From contig JAXHLW010000013.1 of NCBI GenBank assembly GCA_034521815.1, forward strand, positions 832,001 through 896,000: a stretch of DNA of 64,000 nt. The letters run 5' to 3'. Below, piece after piece: positions 21,495 through 30,362 of the stretch. Under the pieces are notes generated by a model. It was not told the origin of the DNA. It ran no database searches and worked only from the letters and a program-made list of their open reading frames with translations. The translations under genes and the position numbers were made by a program. The DNA comes from Trueperaceae bacterium. Lineage in GTDB: Bacteria > Deinococcota > Deinococci > Deinococcales > Trueperaceae. Numbering within the stretch: the stretch's first letter is position 1; every line of letters starts with the position of its first letter.

Positions 21495-22891
21495 GGCCGA
21501 CCCCGGACCGTCGCGGTCGCGGGCGCCGGTCCCGCAGCGTCGCCGGACGACGCCGCCGCGGCCGGCGACGGAAACAGCAGCCACCAATCGCCCCCGCTAC
21601 GGACCAGCGATCCTCCGCTGGGCACGAGCGCCCGCAACGCCTCGGGCGCATCGCCTCGAACGCCGGTCGCCTCCCGAACGTCGTCGGGCACCGTCACCAC
21701 CTCGGGAGCTCCACGGAGGCGCGTCCGTCCCCCCGCCGGAAGCGGAACGACGGTGCGCCCATCGGCCCAGGCAAGACGCCGAAGCTCCAGCGGCGCGAAG
21801 CGCCCGTCGAGCTCCGACGCGCCTTCGGGCAGCCGGGCCAAGGCGACCAGCTCGGTTCGCACCCCGAGGCCGTTCGACGCCAGGATCACGGCCCCGCGCG
21901 TGCGGGGCTCCGGGTCGGACGGCCCGGCGGCAGGCACCGCCACCGCCGCCGCGACGACGACCAGCGCTGCGCTGGCGACGCCCGCCGGCCCTCCGAGCCA
22001 CAACAGCGTCCACAGCAGCGCGGCGAATCCGACGGCCACGCCCGCCACGAGAAGCTTGGGGAGGTGGTCCCATGTCGGCGCCGGGAGCGCGGCCACGGCC
22101 GCGACGACGGCGGCGCGGCGTGCCTCGCGCCCCCAGGCGGGCACGGGCGTGGAGCTCAGGCGTCCAGCGGCCAGCTCGGCGGCCGGCACGCCCTCCAGCG
22201 ACCCCGCGCCGAGGGCCGACGGGCCGGGTGCGACCAGGCGCGTCAACGGGGCGTAGCCGGCCGGCCCTCCTAACGGCAGCAGCACGCGCACGCCCGCCGC
22301 GGCGGCCGTCACCACCACCGCATCGGCCGGAGCGGCCGCGGTTCCGTCCAGCAACAACGTCGCCACGCCGTCCCAGCTCGCCGCCCGTGCCGGTAGGTCG
22401 GCCGCGGTGGCGACGACGACGCGCGCCTCCGGTCCGAACGCGTCGGCCCAGAGCGACGGGCGAGCGGACACCACCAGATGGAGCGGTCGATCGTCCCGTT
22501 CCCGCGCGCCCAGACCGCCGCTGGCCAGAACCCGCTCTCCCTGCTCGATCCGCCACGACACGCGCCGCCAGCTCGGAAACGGAACGTCCAGATCGATCCT
22601 CTGCACGCCGCCCGCCGGGGCGGCCCTCGCCGTGACGCGTTGAGGTACCTCGCCGTGCTCCAGGCCGCCCGCATCGATCTCCATGCGGAGCACCGCGCCA
22701 GGAGCGTCGCGGACGACGGCGCGGACGGGGTTCCAGGCGTCCGCGACGGGAGCGCCGGCCACGCCCAGCATCAGCTCGGCCCGCGGCTGTGCGGCCACCA
22801 GCCCGGAACAGACCAGAACGAACGCGACCAGCGCGGCACGGACCGGCCACCACGACCGAGCGAGGCGACCGGCGACGACCAGGGGCGGCAT
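21491..22891 (-). CDS. Hypothetical exported/membrane protein
   Basis: Signal-like N-terminus, W-N-P-V-R and ADLP..AASWDGVATLLLD segments, two TM helices. Confidence 0.68.
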   Translation of the reverse strand: MPPLVVAGRLARSWWPVRAALVAFVLVCSGLVAAQPRAELMLGVAGAPVADAWNPVRAVVRDAPGAVLRMEIDAGGLEHGEVPQRVTARAAPAGGVQRIDLDVPFPSWRRVSWRIEQGERVLASGGLGARERDDRPLHLVVSARPSLWADAFGPEARVVVATAADLPARAASWDGVATLLLDGTAAAPADAVVVTAAAAGVRVLLPLGGPAGYAPLTRLVAPGPSALGAGSLEGVPAAELAAGRLSSTPVPAWGREARRAAVVAAVAALPAPTWDHLPKLLVAGVAVGFAALLWTLLWLGGPAGVASAALVVVAAAVAVPAAGPSDPEPRTRGAVILASNGLGVRTELVALARLPEGASELDGRFAPLELRRLAWADGRTVVPLPAGGRTRLRGAPEVVTVPDDVREATGVRGDAPEALRALVPSGGSLVRSGGDWWLLFPSPAAAASSGDAAGPAPATATVRGRP

Positions 22892-22900
22892 GCCCCGATG

Positions 22901-24655
22901 CTACCGGTCGATGCTGGCCGACGCGCTCGCCACCGCGACGATCGCGCTCTCTACGCGCCGCGACAGCAGCCGGTTCACCGTCCGGCCGTCCGCGACCAGC
23001 GTCGCCGAGCTGCCGCTGTCCAGTCGCAACGCAGCGTCCGCCCGGAGCGACAAGAACAGCGGCACGAGATCCTCGGCCACCATCCGCTCGGCGACGACGA
23101 ACAGCACGGTGCCGTCGGCCCGCACGCCCAGCGCCGCCTGCTGGGTGGGCTCGTCGAGGATCCGCTGCCCACGCGCGAACCCCTCGAGCTCGGGGGCGAA
23201 GGCGGCCCGTCCGTTCTGGACCAGCATGGGACCCGCCTCGACGGCCCACGGCGACCGGTTCAGCCCGCCGGGGGAGAGGACGGCGCTGACCTCGACGTGG
23301 CGCCCGGGATCCACGAGCGCGAGGGGACGGAAGCCCGGATCGTACGCCAACGCCGATCCGTTCTCCGGTACGCGCTGTGGACCGACGACGTTGCGGACCA
23401 CGCGGCCCACGGCGTCCAACACCAGAACGCCGTGGCGAGACGAGCCGACCCGCGTGCCCTCCGCCGCGGACCACGACAACGGCTCGCCGTCCTCGAGCGC
23501 CACGTCGACGGCGGTGCGACCGTCGACCCGGACGATTCCGCGCGTCGATGGACGCGCGACCACGGTCCCGGGCGCCCCGAACGCCACCACGGCACGGCCG
23601 CGCGACGGCCATGAGAGGAGCGTGCCGCCGATCCGCCGCAGTCCGATCGCCGTGAACGTGTCCGGATCGAAGTACCCGGCGTTGATCGCCGCGACCGCGC
23701 CGTCCGCCCAGCCGGCCACGGTACGTCCCTCGCCGCTTCGGCCCACGACCCGTAGCTCGACCGCGCCGGGCGCGAGCTCGACGAGGTGGACGGTGGTCGG
23801 GCCGTGCGCGGCGTCCGCGGTGCGACGCACGTAGCGCACGCCCGGGGCCAGCTCGGTGCGCGTCGCCTCGTCACGCCGGCCTGACGCCGCCGGGTCCGAC
23901 GCAGCCCCGCCGTCGCCCTCCAAAGAGGCCATGGGGCCCTCCGGGACGAGATCGAGGACCACGCGAGGAGGCGCGCTCAACGGAAAGGCGTTCAGACGGG
24001 CGGGCGGACCGGTGACGCGGATGCGCGCGACGCGGTCGCCTCCGGCCGGGACCGCGACCACCGAGAGCTCGTCCGCGTCCAGGAGCGTGCGCGACGGCAC
24101 GAGCACGCCGGGAAGCAGGATCTCGGCCGGACGATCCGGCGCCAGCCGGGCGTCGCCTCGGGACGGCGCCAGCGTCGCCTCGTCCACGTCGGCCAGATCG
24201 AGCACCAGCCGCGTCGTCGAGCCGTCCAGTCCGGTCCGGATCCCGACGAGACGCGGTAGCCGCAGCGCTTCGGCCACCGAGGGAGCGACCTCGACCCGTC
24301 CATCCCCGTCGACGCTGGGCGCCGGCAGCGCCCAGCCGGTCGTCCAGCCGAGGCCGGCGAGGTAGCTGACCTCGGACCCGAACGCCTGGAACACGATCGC
24401 GTCGGTCGTGACGCGGGCGAGCTCCCCCGGAACGGTCAGCCAAGCGTCCTCGACGCCGCCGACCTCGCCGTCGCCGCCGACGGTGCTCGGGTCGGTCGGC
24501 GGCGCCGACTGCGCGGCGGCCAAGGACGCGGCGTGCAGCACGACGACGATCGTCAGCGCCAGCGCGGTGACGTGCGCGGCCAAGGGCCAGAGCGGTCCAC
24601 GTCGGCTCCCTCGTGCGTCGGGGGCGAATCGGGCGGACCGGGAGAGAAGCGTCAT
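22901..24655 (-). CDS. Phosphodiester glycosidase (NAGPA-like) family exported protein
   Basis: AINAGYFD, AVEAGPMLV, LRLDSGSSATL (cf. LDGGGS); AMIN-like TRLVLDL / PRVVLDL segments. Confidence 0.8.
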   Translation of the reverse strand: MTLLSRSARFAPDARGSRRGPLWPLAAHVTALALTIVVVLHAASLAAAQSAPPTDPSTVGGDGEVGGVEDAWLTVPGELARVTTDAIVFQAFGSEVSYLAGLGWTTGWALPAPSVDGDGRVEVAPSVAEALRLPRLVGIRTGLDGSTTRLVLDLADVDEATLAPSRGDARLAPDRPAEILLPGVLVPSRTLLDADELSVVAVPAGGDRVARIRVTGPPARLNAFPLSAPPRVVLDLVPEGPMASLEGDGGAASDPAASGRRDEATRTELAPGVRYVRRTADAAHGPTTVHLVELAPGAVELRVVGRSGEGRTVAGWADGAVAAINAGYFDPDTFTAIGLRRIGGTLLSWPSRGRAVVAFGAPGTVVARPSTRGIVRVDGRTAVDVALEDGEPLSWSAAEGTRVGSSRHGVLVLDAVGRVVRNVVGPQRVPENGSALAYDPGFRPLALVDPGRHVEVSAVLSPGGLNRSPWAVEAGPMLVQNGRAAFAPELEGFARGQRILDEPTQQAALGVRADGTVLFVVAERMVAEDLVPLFLSLRADAALRLDSGSSATLVADGRTVNRLLSRRVESAIVAVASASASIDR

Positions 24656-24742
24656 GGCGTGCAGGCTAGTCGCATCGCGCGTGACGTGGGTGAGAACGCC
24701 GCCATCGGGACGACCCCGCCGCCGCCGATAGCCGGCGCGACG

Positions 24743-25522
24743 TCAACCGGCGTGGAACAGCTCCAGCAGCGGCTCGGGATCGACCTCGCCGCCCACGACG
24801 GTGCGGAGCGCGGCCGCGACGCGGTGGGCCTCGACGTCCGCCCAACGGACGGTCGACGCCCCGGCGGCGCGGCCGTCCCGGCGCCACGACGGGTCGAGCC
24901 CGGGAGCGAGATCCACGATCGTGAGGTGAGGCCCCATCCGCTCGGGCAGCGGCGCCAGCAGGTCGGAGGCCCGCAGCACGGCGTCGCAACGCGCCATCAG
25001 GGCCGGCAGCGTCGGGTCCCGGACGGCCACGCCGCGGACCAGAACGCCGGCGGCCAGGTCGCGCACCGCGCGCTCGGCGGCGGGCGCGTCCTCCGCGACG
25101 ACCGTGATCTCCTCGGCACCGGCGGTCGCGAGCTCGCGCAGGAGCGCCCGCGTGCCGGCGTCGTCGCCGATCGCCACGATCCGGGCGCCGCGCGGCTCCC
25201 AGCCGGCGGACCGGAGCCCGTCCACCACGGCGCGACCTCCCACGTGGTCGCCCAGGGTCGCGTCGCCGGCGACGCTCACCGCGTCGACCGTGGCCTGTTC
25301 GTCGGCGTCCAGGGAGCGCCTGGCGACGGCGACGGCCGCTTCGCGACGGGCGTCCTCGCCGAAGACGAGCGCGCCCGCGAACCCGAGCACCGGCAGCGCA
25401 TCCACCGCAGCCGTCACCGACCCGATCGGCACCGACTGGAGCCAGACCCGAAGGTCGGGGTCGCGGTAGCGGGCGAGGGCACGAGCGGAGGGGCCGGATC
25501 CGAGCACGGCGACGAGCTGCAT
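24743..25522 (-). CDS. Shikimate dehydrogenase (AroE)-like protein, degenerate active site
   Basis: AroE two-domain layout (GFAGALV, VDAV, Rossmann-like IVAIG...RALL..LA..GAEEITV, IVDL); TATCCT -10 box 7 nt before ATG. Confidence 0.65.
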   Translation of the reverse strand: MQLVAVLGSGPSARALARYRDPDLRVWLQSVPIGSVTAAVDALPVLGFAGALVFGEDARREAAVAVARRSLDADEQATVDAVSVAGDATLGDHVGGRAVVDGLRSAGWEPRGARIVAIGDDAGTRALLRELATAGAEEITVVAEDAPAAERAVRDLAAGVLVRGVAVRDPTLPALMARCDAVLRASDLLAPLPERMGPHLTIVDLAPGLDPSWRRDGRAAGASTVRWADVEAHRVAAALRTVVGGEVDPEPLLELFHAG

Positions 25523-25566
25523 GACGAGCAGGATACCCCGCCGCGGGCGTGCTACCATCCTCCGTC

Positions 25567-27552
25567 ATGCAGGTCATCCTTCCAGACGGAACACGGCTCG
25601 ACGTCCCGGCGCACGCCACCGGACGCGAGGTAGCCCAGGCGATCGGTCCGGGCTTGGCCAAGGCCGCGCTCGGCACGACCGTCGACGGCCGCCTCTCCGA
25701 CCTCATGACCGCCGTGCCCGACGGTGCCGAGGTCGCCATCCTCACCAAGCGCGACGACGCCTGGATCGACCTCGCGCGGCACACCCTGGCGCACGTCATG
25801 GCGCAGGCCGTCCGCGAGCAGCTGACCGAGGAGGGGTTCGACCCGAACGAGGTCAAGCTCGCGATCGGTCCGGTGATCGAGAACGGCTTCTACTACGACA
25901 TGGATCTTCCGCGAAGCCTGACGCCCGAAGACCTGCCCACCCTCGAAAAGCGCATGCGGCGCATCGTCGCGGACGACCTGCCGCTGCGGCGGTTCGAGCT
26001 CCCGCGCGAGACGGCGCTGCGCCGCTACCGCGAGATCGGCGATCCGTACAAGGTGGAGCTGATCGAGGATCTGCCCGAGGACGCGCCGCTGAGCTTCTAC
26101 GAGCAGGGGGGCGAGGCGGGGTTCACCGACCTCTGCCGCGGACCGCACCTTCCGTCCACGGGCAAGATCCCCGCGCATTTCAGGCTGATGAGCCTGGCGG
26201 GCGCGTACTGGCGCGGCGACGAGCGACGCCCGATGCTGCAGCGCGTGTACGGCGTGGCGTTCAAGACGGCGGAGGAGCTCGAGCGGCACCTGTGGCGTCT
26301 CGAGGAGGCGAAGAAGCGCGACCACCGCAAGCTCGGCCAGCAGCTCGAGATCTTCACGCTGGACGACGACATCGGGCCGGGCTTGCCGCTGTGGCTTCCG
26401 CGCGGCACGGTCATGGTCGACGAGATCGAGAAGCTCGCCAAGGAGATGGAGCGCAAGGCCGGCTACCAGCGGGTGCGCTCGCCGCATCTCAGCAAGGAGG
26501 ACCTGTTCCTCAAGAGCGGGCACCTGCCGTACTACGAGCACGACATGTACCCGGCGATGGAGCTCGACAACGTCCGCTACTTCGTCAAGCCGATGAACTG
26601 CCCGTTCCACCACAAGATCTACGACGCGCGGCCGCGCAGCTACCGCGAGCTGCCGCTGCGGCTGGCCGAGTACGGCACCTGCTACCGCTACGAGGACTCG
26701 GGCGCGCTGATGGGCCTGATGCGGGTCCGCAGCATGCAGATGAACGACGCGCACATCTACTGCACCGAGGCGCAGTTCGAGGCCGAGTTCCTGGCCGTGA
26801 TCGAGCTCTACCTCGAGTACTTCCGCCTGTTCGGGATCGAGGAGTACGTGATGCGGTTCTCCAAGCACGCGCCGGCGGGCCTGGGCAAGAAGTACGTCGA
26901 CGAGCCCGAGCTGTGGATCCGCACCGAGGAGATGGTCCGCAAGGTGATGGTCGAGAACGACGTCCCTCACGTCGAGGCCGAGGACGAGGCCGCGTTCTAC
27001 GGTCCGAAGATCGACGTGCAGATCACCAGCGCCATCGGACGCGAGTTCACGCTGGCCACGAACCAGGTGGACTTCGCGCAACCGCGCCGGTTCGGGCTCG
27101 AGTACGCCGCCGAGGACGGCACGCGCAAGACCCCGCTGTGCCTGCACCGCGCGCCGCTGTCGACCCACGAGCGGCTGATCGGCTTCCTGATCGAGCACTA
27201 CGCCGGCGACTTCCCGCTCTGGCTGGCGCCCGAGCAGGTGCGGATCGTGCCGATCGCCGACCGCCACCTCGGCTACGCCGAGGAGGTCAGGGCGGCGCTG
27301 GACGCCGTGGAGCTTCGCGCCGAGGTGGACGGCCGCAGCGAGCGGATGAACGCCAAGATCCGCGACGCGGAGCTGCTCAAGGTCCCCTACACCGTGATCC
27401 TGGGCGACAGGGAAGAGCAGGACCACGTCGTGTCGTTCCGAAGCCGGCAGGAGCCCGAGGCGAAGGGCGTGTCGCTGGACGCGTTCGTGCGACACCTGAC
27501 GCAGGCCCGTGACCGTCGGGCGGGCGAGATCGAGGCGATCGCAGCGCCCTGA
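25567..27552 (+). CDS. thrS: Threonine--tRNA ligase
   Basis: TGS domain, RHTLAH, DLCRGPH, GAYWRGD, RDHRKLG, KPMNCP, AFYGPKID, FPLWLAP. Confidence 0.97.
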   Translation: MQVILPDGTRLDVPAHATGREVAQAIGPGLAKAALGTTVDGRLSDLMTAVPDGAEVAILTKRDDAWIDLARHTLAHVMAQAVREQLTEEGFDPNEVKLAIGPVIENGFYYDMDLPRSLTPEDLPTLEKRMRRIVADDLPLRRFELPRETALRRYREIGDPYKVELIEDLPEDAPLSFYEQGGEAGFTDLCRGPHLPSTGKIPAHFRLMSLAGAYWRGDERRPMLQRVYGVAFKTAEELERHLWRLEEAKKRDHRKLGQQLEIFTLDDDIGPGLPLWLPRGTVMVDEIEKLAKEMERKAGYQRVRSPHLSKEDLFLKSGHLPYYEHDMYPAMELDNVRYFVKPMNCPFHHKIYDARPRSYRELPLRLAEYGTCYRYEDSGALMGLMRVRSMQMNDAHIYCTEAQFEAEFLAVIELYLEYFRLFGIEEYVMRFSKHAPAGLGKKYVDEPELWIRTEEMVRKVMVENDVPHVEAEDEAAFYGPKIDVQITSAIGREFTLATNQVDFAQPRRFGLEYAAEDGTRKTPLCLHRAPLSTHERLIGFLIEHYAGDFPLWLAPEQVRIVPIADRHLGYAEEVRAALDAVELRAEVDGRSERMNAKIRDAELLKVPYTVILGDREEQDHVVSFRSRQEPEAKGVSLDAFVRHLTQARDRRAGEIEAIAAP

Positions 27553-27573
27553 GACGGCCGACCGGCCGGCCCG

Positions 27574-27637
27574 CGACGGACGCCACGGACGGACGCGAAG
27601 GACGGACGGGACGAGAGGGACGGACGGGACGAACGAC
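27574..27637. repeat. Degenerate GGAC/GACG low-complexity repeat (GGACGGACGGGACGA x2)
   Basis: Read directly downstream of the thrS stop. Confidence 0.6.
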
Positions 27638-27735
27638 ACTTCGCCGTAGATCCCTCGGGCCCTACGATCGGGCTCGGAGCATCGGCTGACCGAGGGACTC
27701 ACCGACCCGTTTCGGGTCGCGGAGGGCAGGTCGTC

Positions 27736-29715
27736 ATGACGTTCCGCCGCTGGGTCATCCTCGCTCACGTCGTCCTCGTCGCGGGTCTTTCGGGCGCACT
27801 CGCCCAACCTACGAGCCGGTTGGCGCTCGGTGCGACCGCGTCGGGCACCATCGACACCTGGTCGAGCAAGCACGTCTATTTCGTGAGCGTGCCGAACGGC
27901 CTGGAGGCCTTGACGATCGAGGTGGACGGCGAGGGGCGCGACGCCGACCTGGGCGTGTACCTGGGCGACCGCGAGCTCCATCGCGACACGAGCAGCGATC
28001 CGAACCCGACGTTCACGCTGCGCGACCCGGTCGCGGGGGAGTACCGCGTCGAGGTGCTCAACCTGCTGTTCCACGATCTTCGCTACACCGTCCGTGCCTA
28101 CGGGGACGGCGCGGGCATGGACCGGGAGTCCGGCAGCACGACCGCCGAGGACGGCCTGTTCGGCAGCACCCGCATGGGCGCGATCGAGCTCGGAGGTCGC
28201 CGGCAGGGGACGGTCCCGGCGTCGCAGATCGATCACGCCTACGATCTCTACGTCCCCGCCGACACGGATCGACTCGCGATCCGGGTCGATGCCGACGGCG
28301 TCGACGTCGACCTCGCCGTCGAGCTCGACGGCGCCGAGATCTACGACGACATCAGCGCCGATCCGTACCCGACGTTCACGCAGCGCGACCCGGTCGCGGG
28401 CAGGTACACCATCCGCGTCAAGAACCTGCTTCCGCGCGACATTCCCTACCTGCTCAGCGTCGACGCGCTCGGACCTTCCGAGGCCGGAAGCACGCCGAGC
28501 GACACGTCGACCGCGCCTGCGACACCCGCGAGGCCGGCGAGCGATACGAGCTGGGTCGCGGACTTCGCGGACGGCGACGTGGGCGGTTGGACCGTCGAGA
28601 ACGGCACGCTGTCGAACCCCGGTCACGACGGCCCGGACGGGCGCGGACACCTCTACGCGGTCACGCCCTCCGACGGACGGACGGGCTACTTCGTCGCGCC
28701 CGCGACCGTGTCCGGCGACTGGTCGGCCGTGACGAGCGTGCAGCTCACGCTGCGGATCGGGCCGAAGCATCCGGACGGCAGCAGGTACGGAGCGTTCACG
28801 TCCGGCGCTGCGGGCGACGTCGTCCTCACGAACGGCGCGAAGACCGCTGCGTTCGTCTTCCCGAACGACGTGACGGCATCGTGGTCGACCTTCGACGTTC
28901 CCCTCGACGGCGACGCCGGCTGGCGCCTCGGTGGCGGCGCGCGGAGCCTGGCCGAGGTCGTGGCGAACGTCACGTCGTTCAAGATCAGGGCCGAGTACCT
29001 GCTGGGGACCGCCGACGCCGGTCTCGCCGAGGTACGGCTGCGTGGCGGAGCGACTCCAGCGACCACGACGGCCACGGCGATCGGTAGCGCGGTGGTGCTC
29101 GATTGCGACCAGCGAGCGGACGAGGGAGAGCTCGCGTCGCTGCGCCCGGGCGAGCGCGCGACGGTCAGCTGTCCGGCGGGCTGCAGCAGCGGACGAACGG
29201 TGTGGGGCACGGACGTCTACACCGACGACTCGTCGGTGTGCCGCGCAGCCGTTCACGCCGGCATCGTCGACCTCCAGCAGGGTGGCACCGCGACGTTGAC
29301 GATCCTGCCTGGCGCATCGAGCTATCTCGGAACGGATCGCCACGGCATCCGCACCGTCCCGTACGGGTCGTGGGACCGCAGCTTCTCGCTCGAACGGGCG
29401 ATCGCCGACGAGCCGGCCGTGGCGCCGCCGGCACGGACCAGGCTGAGCGTGCACGCCACCACGGTGGCGGCCGGAGAGCCGGTCACGGTCGAGTTCACGG
29501 GCGGCCCCAGCGACGCGCAAGCCTGGGTGGGCCTGTTCCGCGTCGGTGCCGAGGACCGTGCATACCTCGACTGGCAGTACACCGGTGGCGCCGAGGCGGA
29601 CCGCGTGGCGCTCGATGCGCCCCGCGAGGCGGGCCGCTACGAAGCCCGCATCTTCGCCGATGTCGGGTACGACAGGCTGGCGACCAGCTCGACGTTCGAG
29701 GTGACCGACCGCTGA
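27736..29715 (+). CDS. Secreted multidomain protein: 2x PPC, laminin B(IV)-like, LCCL, C-terminal Ig-like
   Basis: Signal peptide; duplicated Y-x-V-P...DADL/DVDL...P-x-P-TFT-x-RDPVAG-x-Y; GYFVAP...VVANVTSFKIRAEY; CPAGC...VWGTDVYTDDSSVCRAAVHAG; AWVGLF...GRYEARIF. Confidence 0.82.
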   Translation: MTFRRWVILAHVVLVAGLSGALAQPTSRLALGATASGTIDTWSSKHVYFVSVPNGLEALTIEVDGEGRDADLGVYLGDRELHRDTSSDPNPTFTLRDPVAGEYRVEVLNLLFHDLRYTVRAYGDGAGMDRESGSTTAEDGLFGSTRMGAIELGGRRQGTVPASQIDHAYDLYVPADTDRLAIRVDADGVDVDLAVELDGAEIYDDISADPYPTFTQRDPVAGRYTIRVKNLLPRDIPYLLSVDALGPSEAGSTPSDTSTAPATPARPASDTSWVADFADGDVGGWTVENGTLSNPGHDGPDGRGHLYAVTPSDGRTGYFVAPATVSGDWSAVTSVQLTLRIGPKHPDGSRYGAFTSGAAGDVVLTNGAKTAAFVFPNDVTASWSTFDVPLDGDAGWRLGGGARSLAEVVANVTSFKIRAEYLLGTADAGLAEVRLRGGATPATTTATAIGSAVVLDCDQRADEGELASLRPGERATVSCPAGCSSGRTVWGTDVYTDDSSVCRAAVHAGIVDLQQGGTATLTILPGASSYLGTDRHGIRTVPYGSWDRSFSLERAIADEPAVAPPARTRLSVHATTVAAGEPVTVEFTGGPSDAQAWVGLFRVGAEDRAYLDWQYTGGAEADRVALDAPREAGRYEARIFADVGYDRLATSSTFEVTDR

Positions 29716-29748
29716 AGCGGACCGGTACACCCGCTGAAGCGGAGCGGT
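29709..29748. repeat. Direct repeat of CCGCTGAAGCGGA(C/G)CGGT x2, each with a CCGC-TGAA-GCGG mini-hairpin
   Basis: 29709-29726 and 29731-29748; first copy contains the upstream stop codon. Confidence 0.7.
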
Positions 29749-29810
29749 GTCGCGCCTGTGCTAGCGGCGCATGCCTGGAGGCCAGATCCGACCGCCCGCA
29801 GTGGCGGCTG

Positions 29811-30362
29811 CTACGCCGCCACGATCGTCACCGACTCGATCACGTCGGGCTCGGCTCCGCCCGGCCTGGACGGATCGACCCGAGCGACGCCGTCCAGCAC
29901 CTCGGCGCCCTCCACGACGCGGCCGAACACGGCGTGCTTGCCGTCCAGCCACGGCGTGGCGGCGAAGGTGATGAAGAACTGGCTGCCGTTCGTTCCCGGC
30001 CCGGCGTTCGCCATGCTGACCGTGCCGGGCTCGTCGTGGCGCAGCTCGTCGTGGAACTCGTCGGCGAACTGGTACCCCGGTCCGCCGCGGCCGGTGCCGG
30101 TCGGGTCGCCGGTCTGCGCCATGAAGTCCTCGAGGACGCGGTGGAACGGCACGCCGTCGTAGAAGCGGTTCAGCGCCAGGAACACGAAGTTGTTCACCGT
30201 GGCAGGAGCCCGGTCCTGCGCCAGGTCGATCACGATGCGGCCGGCGCTGGTCTCGAGCACGGCGCGATAGTCGCGATCCTGCTCGAGCACCTGCTCGGCG
30301 CCACGGAACTGGGTGGTGCGCTGATCGGCGCGGGGGACGGGCGTGTAGCTGGCGTCGGTCAC
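29811..30362 (-). CDS. Cyclophilin-type peptidyl-prolyl cis-trans isomerase
   Basis: [52 protein letters not shown]. Confidence 0.93.
   Translation of the reverse strand: MTDASYTPVPRADQRTTQFRGAEQVLEQDRDYRAVLETSAGRIVIDLAQDRAPATVNNFVFLALNRFYDGVPFHRVLEDFMAQTGDPTGTGRGGPGYQFADEFHDELRHDEPGTVSMANAGPGTNGSQFFITFAATPWLDGKHAVFGRVVEGAEVLDGVARVDPSRPGGAEPDVIESVTIVAA

Noticed and set aside
27640-27735. Hairpins upstream of the LCCL gene as a c-di-GMP riboswitch
   Set aside because: Only a short CGACCCG-TTT-CGGGTCG stem; lacks the conserved riboswitch core
25552-29730. Very long antisense ORFs (1392 aa here; also 6850..9270, 41930..44989 and others)
   Set aside because: Shadow frames of real high-GC3 genes with no recognisable motifs
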